A stretch of DNA of 32,000 bases from positions 9,068 to 41,067 of the forward strand of contig CALWSP010000015.1 of NCBI GenBank assembly GCA_944384235.1. The letters are read 5' to 3'. Position numbers and translations under genes: made by a program. The notes under the pieces were generated by a model. The model was not told where the DNA came from. It saw only the letters and a program-made list of their open reading frames with translations, and did no database searches. The stretch is from an uncultured Clostridia bacterium (GTDB lineage: Bacteria > Bacillota > Clostridia > Lachnospirales > CAG-274). The stretch's first letter is position 1; every line of letters begins with the position of its first letter. Shown here in pieces: positions 26,290 to 32,000 of the stretch.

Positions 26290-29200
26290 ATGAAAACGCT
26301 ATTTGTAAAATATTCTAACGAAAGAAACAAAAAATATAAAATTAAAACAGAGTTAGTTAAAGACGGGGATATTAAATATATAAAAAAGAGCCCTATTTGT
26401 GACGATGCTTTAAAACATATAAAAAAAATGTATGAAAGTTTTGAAATATTAAGTGGTATGTATCAAAACTCTAAAATTAAAATTAACAAAGCATACAGCA
26501 AAGATGGTTTTGTTTTGTTTGACTATATAAATGGATATACATTTGAAAGTGTTTTAGATGGATATTTGGAAAAAGAAGATTATAAAGGGCTTTTTGACAA
26601 AATATTGGAGTTTGAAAAGTTAATTTGTGATTCTGACAAAATTGAAAAGTTTGAAATTAGTGAAAAATTTATAAATGTTTTCGGAAACATTGAATTTGAA
26701 AAAGAGTATTATGCTTTTAGTTACAGCAATTTAGATTTAGTTTTTAGCAATGTTTTAATTAATGATTTTTACAACATTGTTGACTACGAATGGTGTTTTG
26801 ATTTTCCCATACCTATAAAGTATATTTTATTTAGAGCAATTGACACATATATTTGTTTACAAAAAAACAGACAAGTGTTAAGGGAAAAAGACATTTTTGC
26901 TTTTCTTGGATATTCAGAAAAGGAAATAAATATTTTTAAGAAAATGGAAGAAAGTTTTCAAAAGTTTGTTTATGAAGATAGTTTTAGTTCAAATGAACTT
27001 TATGAAAACTTACACGGAAATGTTATAAATGTGTTTGAAAAAGAAGTGGATAAAAAAATTCCAATTCGTGTTTATTACGACAAAGGGAATGGATATAGCG
27101 ACAAAGATGGTTTTGTGACTTATAGAAAGCCTTATGAAAAAATTAAACTAAAAATTGAAGTTAGTGGCGCAAAAGTTGTTAGAGTTGACACTGGTTGTGT
27201 TTCAAGCATTGTGACATTATTTGATTATTTTTATGTTACAAGCAAGGGAATTGAAAGGGCAATTTACTCTACAAACGGGATAGAAATTGAAAAAAACATT
27301 GTTGCATTTACTGACAATGACACGCAAATATATTTATATGGGTTTGAAGATGATATAAAGTATGTTCAATTAGAATTTTTAGTTAATCCAGCTGATGAAA
27401 GTTATATAAAATCTCTTGCAAACATTGGAAAAAACAGAGTTATTGCTGAAAAGGAACTTGAGAGATTAAAATTAGAGTATGATGAGCTTTCAAGGGAATA
27501 TCAAAATTTAAACAATATAAATTTAGAAAATATTAAGGCTTTAGAAGAGGAAAAAAATGAGAATAAAAAAATTTTAAATATGTATGAAGATTGTAGAAAT
27601 CAATGTGATAGTTATAAAAATCAATATGAAAATTACAAATATATGTATGAGATGATTTTAAATTCTGATTTTTGGAAAATGACAAAGCCATTTAGAAAGT
27701 TAGTTGAGGTATCAAAAGTTACGATGAAAAAATTATACAAAGTTTTAAGAAAGCCAAAAACCCTTGTTAGGTGTTTAAAGGAATATGGTGTTAAAGAAAC
27801 TATTGAAATTTTTAAACAAACATACAACATTGGGCAAAAAAAGGCAAGTGAATTTACAGAAAAGTTAGAGCAGGAAGAAGTTAAGGAAAATGTTTTAAAC
27901 GAGAGTTTAAATGTGGACTTAATTGACAGAGAGTGCAGACTTAAGGTGTCTGTTATTGTTCCTAACTACAACCACAAAGAGTATTTAAAGGAAAGATTAG
28001 ACTCTATTTACAACCAAACTTATAAAAATTTTGAGGTTATTTTACTTGACGATTGTTCAAGTGATGGAAGCAGAGAGTTATTAGCCGAGTATGCTGAAAA
28101 ACACAAAGACAACACTATTTTTGCTCCTAACGAAAAAAACAGTGGTGGCGTGTTTAGACAATGGGCTAAGGGTATAGAAATGGCAAAAGGTGACATATGT
28201 TGGATTGCCGAAAGCGATGATTTTTGCGACAACGATTTCTTAGAAAACTTAGTGTATTATTTTAACGACGAGTCAGTTATGATTGCGTATGCACATTATA
28301 CTTTTTGGTTAAATGGAAAGCCATCTAATTTTGCTTTTGAAAATTATTTAGGTGAAGTTGGGACAAAAAGATGGGAAAGGGAATATGTTGTTAGCGCATA
28401 TGATGAAGTTCAAAGCGGGCTTGGAATTAAAAATGTTATTCCAAATGCTAGTGGTTGCATTTTTAGAAAGCCTATTAATATGCCTTTATTAAAAGATGAA
28501 AATTGGCTTAAAATGAGAATTTGTGGCGATTGGGTCTTTTATTTAAAGCAAATTGTAGGTGGAAAAATTGCTTACAACCCAAAGGCTAATAGTTATTTTA
28601 GATTTCACGACGATAGTGCATCTAAAGTTACACACAACAAAGAAGTTTATTACAAAGAGCATAAAATGGTTGCAGATACTATTGCTGAAAATTATAGGGA
28701 TAGTGAAGATATAATAAAGAAAAATAGAGATATTATTTACAGGTATTATTTTGATACTATGGAAAACCCTACTGAAGAAGATTTTGAAAGACTTTATGGT
28801 TTAAAAGACGTTAAAGAGAAAATAGAAAAAAGGAAAAAGACTATTTTAATTTCTATTTATGCTTTTTCTCTTGGCGGAGGAGAAATTTTCCCTATTAGGT
28901 TAGCTAACGAGTTAAAAAGCGTTGGGGAAAATGTTAGTGTTCATATTTTTGAAAAAGAGCAATGTGATAAATCTGTTAGGGATATGCTTAGCAAGGATAT
29001 TCCTGTGTTTTATGGTAAAACAGCAGATGAGTTTACAAAAATTATAGAAGAAAACAAGTTTGATGTTATAAACACTCACCACCAGTCTATACAGCATATG
29101 GTTGCAGAGGCATATATAAAGCATAAAGATGTTTTTGATAACTGCAAACATATTGCAACAATGCACGGAATGTATGAGCAGTTGCCAAAGGCTTATATTA

Positions 29201-29934
29201 TGCAGAATTTAAAGGTTATTGACGATAGTGTTGATGTTTGGACAAGGGTTGCTGACAAGAATTTAGCTCCATTTTACACTGCTGGAATATTTGATGAGAA
29301 AAAGCACATTTTTATTCCAAACGGTATAAAAGTTCCTGAAAAAGTTGACATTAAAAGAAAAGATTTAAACATTCCTGAAGATGCTTTTGTTCTTGGGCTT
29401 GCAAGCAGGGCTTTAAAGGAAAAGGGCTGGATTGAGGCTATTGAGGCTGTTAAAGAGGCTAGAGAAATTAGCAAGAAAGATATTCATATTATTATGATGG
29501 GTAACGGGCCTATGTATGATGAGCTTTTGGAGAAAAAAGTTCCTTCTTTTGTTCATTTAATTGGGTTTGTTAAAGACAGTTGTAATTATTACAATATTTG
29601 TGATATGTGTTTTTTACCAAGTTATTATTCAGGGGAAAGTTTTCCTTTAACTGTTATTGAGGCTCTATGTGTTGGAAAGCCTGTTATTTCTTCTATCATT
29701 GGAGAAACGCCTAGAATATTAAATTGCGACAACGGAGAATGTGCAGGAAAGCTTTTTGAACTAGAAAACAACCAAGTGCCTATTGAGAAAGTTGCAAAGA
29801 TTATAGCTGAATTTGCTTCTAACAAAGAACTTTATGAAAAAGCAAGAAATAATGCAAGATACAAAATGAATGATTTTACTATAAGTACTGTTTCCAAAAT
29901 ATATAATGATGTTTATTCAAATTTTAGGAAGTAA
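26290..29934 (+). CDS. Multidomain protein: N-terminal kinase-like domain, beta-rich domain, coiled coil, GT2 glycosyltransferase, GT4 glycosyltransferase (1214 aa)
   Basis: GT2: LKVSVIVPNYNHKEYLKERLDSIYNQTYKNFEVILLDDCSSDGS...WIAESDD from about 27940. GT4: ILISIYAFSLGGGEIFPIRLANEL...IPNGIKVP...KEKGWIEAIEAVKEA...GNGPMYDELLE...GFVKDS...CDMCFLPSYYSGESFPLTVIEALCVGKPVISS from about 28834. Kinase-like catalytic motifs are near 26720-26800 and heptad-like Glu/Lys-rich sequence at about 27445-27650. Confidence 0.88.
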   Translation: MKTLFVKYSNERNKKYKIKTELVKDGDIKYIKKSPICDDALKHIKKMYESFEILSGMYQNSKIKINKAYSKDGFVLFDYINGYTFESVLDGYLEKEDYKGLFDKILEFEKLICDSDKIEKFEISEKFINVFGNIEFEKEYYAFSYSNLDLVFSNVLINDFYNIVDYEWCFDFPIPIKYILFRAIDTYICLQKNRQVLREKDIFAFLGYSEKEINIFKKMEESFQKFVYEDSFSSNELYENLHGNVINVFEKEVDKKIPIRVYYDKGNGYSDKDGFVTYRKPYEKIKLKIEVSGAKVVRVDTGCVSSIVTLFDYFYVTSKGIERAIYSTNGIEIEKNIVAFTDNDTQIYLYGFEDDIKYVQLEFLVNPADESYIKSLANIGKNRVIAEKELERLKLEYDELSREYQNLNNINLENIKALEEEKNENKKILNMYEDCRNQCDSYKNQYENYKYMYEMILNSDFWKMTKPFRKLVEVSKVTMKKLYKVLRKPKTLVRCLKEYGVKETIEIFKQTYNIGQKKASEFTEKLEQEEVKENVLNESLNVDLIDRECRLKVSVIVPNYNHKEYLKERLDSIYNQTYKNFEVILLDDCSSDGSRELLAEYAEKHKDNTIFAPNEKNSGGVFRQWAKGIEMAKGDICWIAESDDFCDNDFLENLVYYFNDESVMIAYAHYTFWLNGKPSNFAFENYLGEVGTKRWEREYVVSAYDEVQSGLGIKNVIPNASGCIFRKPINMPLLKDENWLKMRICGDWVFYLKQIVGGKIAYNPKANSYFRFHDDSASKVTHNKEVYYKEHKMVADTIAENYRDSEDIIKKNRDIIYRYYFDTMENPTEEDFERLYGLKDVKEKIEKRKKTILISIYAFSLGGGEIFPIRLANELKSVGENVSVHIFEKEQCDKSVRDMLSKDIPVFYGKTADEFTKIIEENKFDVINTHHQSIQHMVAEAYIKHKDVFDNCKHIATMHGMYEQLPKAYIMQNLKVIDDSVDVWTRVADKNLAPFYTAGIFDEKKHIFIPNGIKVPEKVDIKRKDLNIPEDAFVLGLASRALKEKGWIEAIEAVKEAREISKKDIHIIMMGNGPMYDELLEKKVPSFVHLIGFVKDSCNYYNICDMCFLPSYYSGESFPLTVIEALCVGKPVISSIIGETPRILNCDNGECAGKLFELENNQVPIEKVAKIIAEFASNKELYEKARNNARYKMNDFTISTVSKIYNDVYSNFRK

Positions 29935-29936
29935 AA

Positions 29937-32000
29937 ATGAATATTAAAAGTTTAAAAAAGTTTAATTATTTTCTTTTTGTATCGATTATTGCATTAATAG
30001 TATTTAAATTAGTTCTTTCATTTGTTTTTACTGAAGTTTTATATAAAGAAAAGGCTATTGACGGCGAAATTTTATTAAATGACAGTAGAAACATTATAGA
30101 TGGATTTGATGTAGATAGAAACGAAATTATTTCTAAAAACAGTGACCCTCAAATTTATATAGACTATGAGAGTTATGACATTTTAGGAGTTAAAGAGATT
30201 ACTTTTTATGTCAATGAAATAAACAAAGAAAAAGAGAAGATTGAAATTTTTACTTTAGATGATATTGATGATTATGGGGCTTTTGGTTCTATATTTACTG
30301 AAATTAAAGAGGGAGAAAACAAGGTTATTATACCAGATGGAGATGGAAGCAGAGGGGCTATAAGGCTTGATTTGGCAACAAGTGAAAATGTTGAAATTGA
30401 GATTGACAAAATTGTTTTTAACGAGGTATCTTCAATTATTGACATTTCAAACACCTATTTTCTTAATTTAGTTTATATATTTGTATTTATTTTAGTTGGA
30501 ATTTTAGTTATTAAAATTTCAGAAAAAAATTATAAATATAATATTTTTAGTTATAGCATAGGTCTAGTTTTAGCTTTAGGTTCAATTTATTTATATTTTA
30601 AAATTGGAAACGAAAGGTTAAAGGAAATTTTAATATTAATTTTAGGATTTATTCCTATATGCCAAATAATGAGCTTTTTTAAGGGAATATTAGAAAAAGT
30701 TAAATTTAAGGCAAAAGAATATAACATTTTATACATTACTTTTTCTTTGTATTTAATTTTAAATATAATATTTATGTTATATTTTAAAGTAAATATTCAT
30801 TTTTTAATTTATTTAGCAGGGCTTTATGTTTATGGAAGTATAAAAGGCGAGGTAGATTTTTATAAAAGAAAAAGGATATTTACACTTTTATATTCTATTT
30901 TAGTTATTGTTACATTATATTTTATTGGTTCTTATTTTGATTTAAATTTATTTAATTACAAAAATGAAGGTTTTAGCTCATATTTAATTATTTCTGATGT
31001 TTTAATTGGCTTTATTTCAATTATATGGTGTGACAAGCTTAAGTTAGAAAAACAATTTGAATTTATTGAAAAAAGAAAGCTTGTAAATTTTAACAAAAAG
31101 AGAGAAAAGCAAGATGGAATTAAAGACTTTATTATTTTTGAAAATATAAAAAGGTTAGTATTAACAGCTATATTTTTATGTGTTTTAGAAGTTTTAGTTC
31201 ACATTTTTATTAAAAACTTTTCGATTGTTTTAGGTGTTAAAACAGCAATTCAGTTTATTTTTTCAGATGTGTTTTTTATTAATTTAATTTTTATATACTG
31301 TATATACTATTTTATATATGCGTTAACTGGAAAAAGAACATCAAATTTAATTATGTTTTTTGTTTGGGCTATGTATATAGTAGGAAACTTAATAAAGGTG
31401 AGATACCACGACACAGTTTTGCAGGCAATAGACATTTTGCTTATTAAAGAAATTATTCTAATAGGCAAGCCTTATGTTGGGGCAGTTGCATATTATGGGA
31501 TTATTATTGCTTTTATAGTTATAGTTTTTATTATATTAAAAAATATTAAAAAAATTATTTTATATTTAAAGCCAAAGGCAAACATTTTGTTTTCTATTAT
31601 GATGATTATACCAATTATTTTTATAATTATGATATTAAATGAAAACAGATTAAAAGATATTGATGTTGATTTTAAAAATGTTTGGATTGACGAAGAAGTT
31701 AAGTATGAAAAATTTGGTTCGGTTTTATATAGTTATAGCAACCTTAAGCTTCTTATGGAATTATATCCAGATGCTCCTGAAAATTACAGCGAAGAACAAA
31801 TGAAAAGCATTAAAGAAAGTTTTGCGGAAATTAATGTAGATGGAAAAAGTGACATAAAGCCAGATGTTATTGTTATTATGGCTGAGTCTTATTTTGATAT
31901 TAATGAAGTTAAGGATTTTAATATATCAGAAGATATAGTTTATCCATACAGAAAGTATGGAAACGGGCATATTATTTCTCCTAGATATGGTGGAGGAACA
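29937..32000 (+). CDS. LTA-synthase-like (sulfatase-fold) membrane protein, 3'-truncated by the window edge
   Basis: ATG at 29937, 2 nt after the previous stop; open for 688 codons to the end of the window and absent from the ORF track. An N-terminal TM is followed by an extracytoplasmic beta-rich segment, then many TM helices, then KPDVIVIMAESYFDINEVKDF...YPYRKYGNGHIISPRYGGGT, which matches the start of the LTA synthase catalytic domain. Confidence 0.88.
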   Translation, partial: MNIKSLKKFNYFLFVSIIALIVFKLVLSFVFTEVLYKEKAIDGEILLNDSRNIIDGFDVDRNEIISKNSDPQIYIDYESYDILGVKEITFYVNEINKEKEKIEIFTLDDIDDYGAFGSIFTEIKEGENKVIIPDGDGSRGAIRLDLATSENVEIEIDKIVFNEVSSIIDISNTYFLNLVYIFVFILVGILVIKISEKNYKYNIFSYSIGLVLALGSIYLYFKIGNERLKEILILILGFIPICQIMSFFKGILEKVKFKAKEYNILYITFSLYLILNIIFMLYFKVNIHFLIYLAGLYVYGSIKGEVDFYKRKRIFTLLYSILVIVTLYFIGSYFDLNLFNYKNEGFSSYLIISDVLIGFISIIWCDKLKLEKQFEFIEKRKLVNFNKKREKQDGIKDFIIFENIKRLVLTAIFLCVLEVLVHIFIKNFSIVLGVKTAIQFIFSDVFFINLIFIYCIYYFIYALTGKRTSNLIMFFVWAMYIVGNLIKVRYHDTVLQAIDILLIKEIILIGKPYVGAVAYYGIIIAFIVIVFIILKNIKKIILYLKPKANILFSIMMIIPIIFIIMILNENRLKDIDVDFKNVWIDEEVKYEKFGSVLYSYSNLKLLMELYPDAPENYSEEQMKSIKESFAEINVDGKSDIKPDVIVIMAESYFDINEVKDFNISEDIVYPYRKYGNGHIISPRYGGGT

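Noticed and set aside
27633-30454. Multiple antisense ORFs (27633, 28020, 28912, 29274, 29625, 30272)
   Set aside because: All lie opposite the giant glycosyltransferase or the LTA-synthase-like ORF, with no signatures or RBS support.
1-32000. Possible defence system, prophage, transposon or BGC
   Set aside because: No transposase, integrase, phage structural, restriction, toxin-antitoxin, CRISPR/Cas, RT, or modular biosynthetic signatures were found. The kinase-like/MTase/GT block is best explained as surface-glycan biosynthesis and export.

Overview
This is an AT-rich, Firmicutes/Clostridia-like chromosomal window of mostly housekeeping genes, followed by a surface-glycan export cluster at the right end. 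No CRISPR array, transposase, integrase, phage module or rRNA was seen. From left to right: a 5'-truncated membrane-anchored protein of unknown family; ridA-ilvA; truA; a UDP-GlcNAc 2-epimerase (wecB-like); a CmpB-like membrane protein; a minus-strand operon (kduD-like SDR, tmk, holB, ricT/yaaT, trmN6-like, rsmI, DUF454); a DtxR/MntR-like regulator; thioredoxin; tRNA-Leu(UAG); and a TPP riboswitch with terminator controlling thiM-thiE-thiD. After that come a minus-strand yacP/rae1-like-sigH pair, a mscS-like channel, a DUF951-like gene, pyrE, a copper-amine-oxidase-N 'stalk' protein with tandem beta-sandwich modules, a HAD phosphatase, glmU and an EamA transporter. The right end is a tightly packed block: a Wzm/Wzt-type ABC exporter with an extended Wzt C-terminus, a SAM methyltransferase, a 1214-aa protein that appears to be kinase-like + beta domain + coiled coil + GT2 + GT4, and an LTA-synthase-like protein truncated by the window edge. 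The most interesting signal is that this block looks like a Gram-positive, rearranged version of the WbdD/Wzt chain-capping and length-control logic known from E. coli O8/O9a. That reading is an inference and needs structural and biochemical confirmation.
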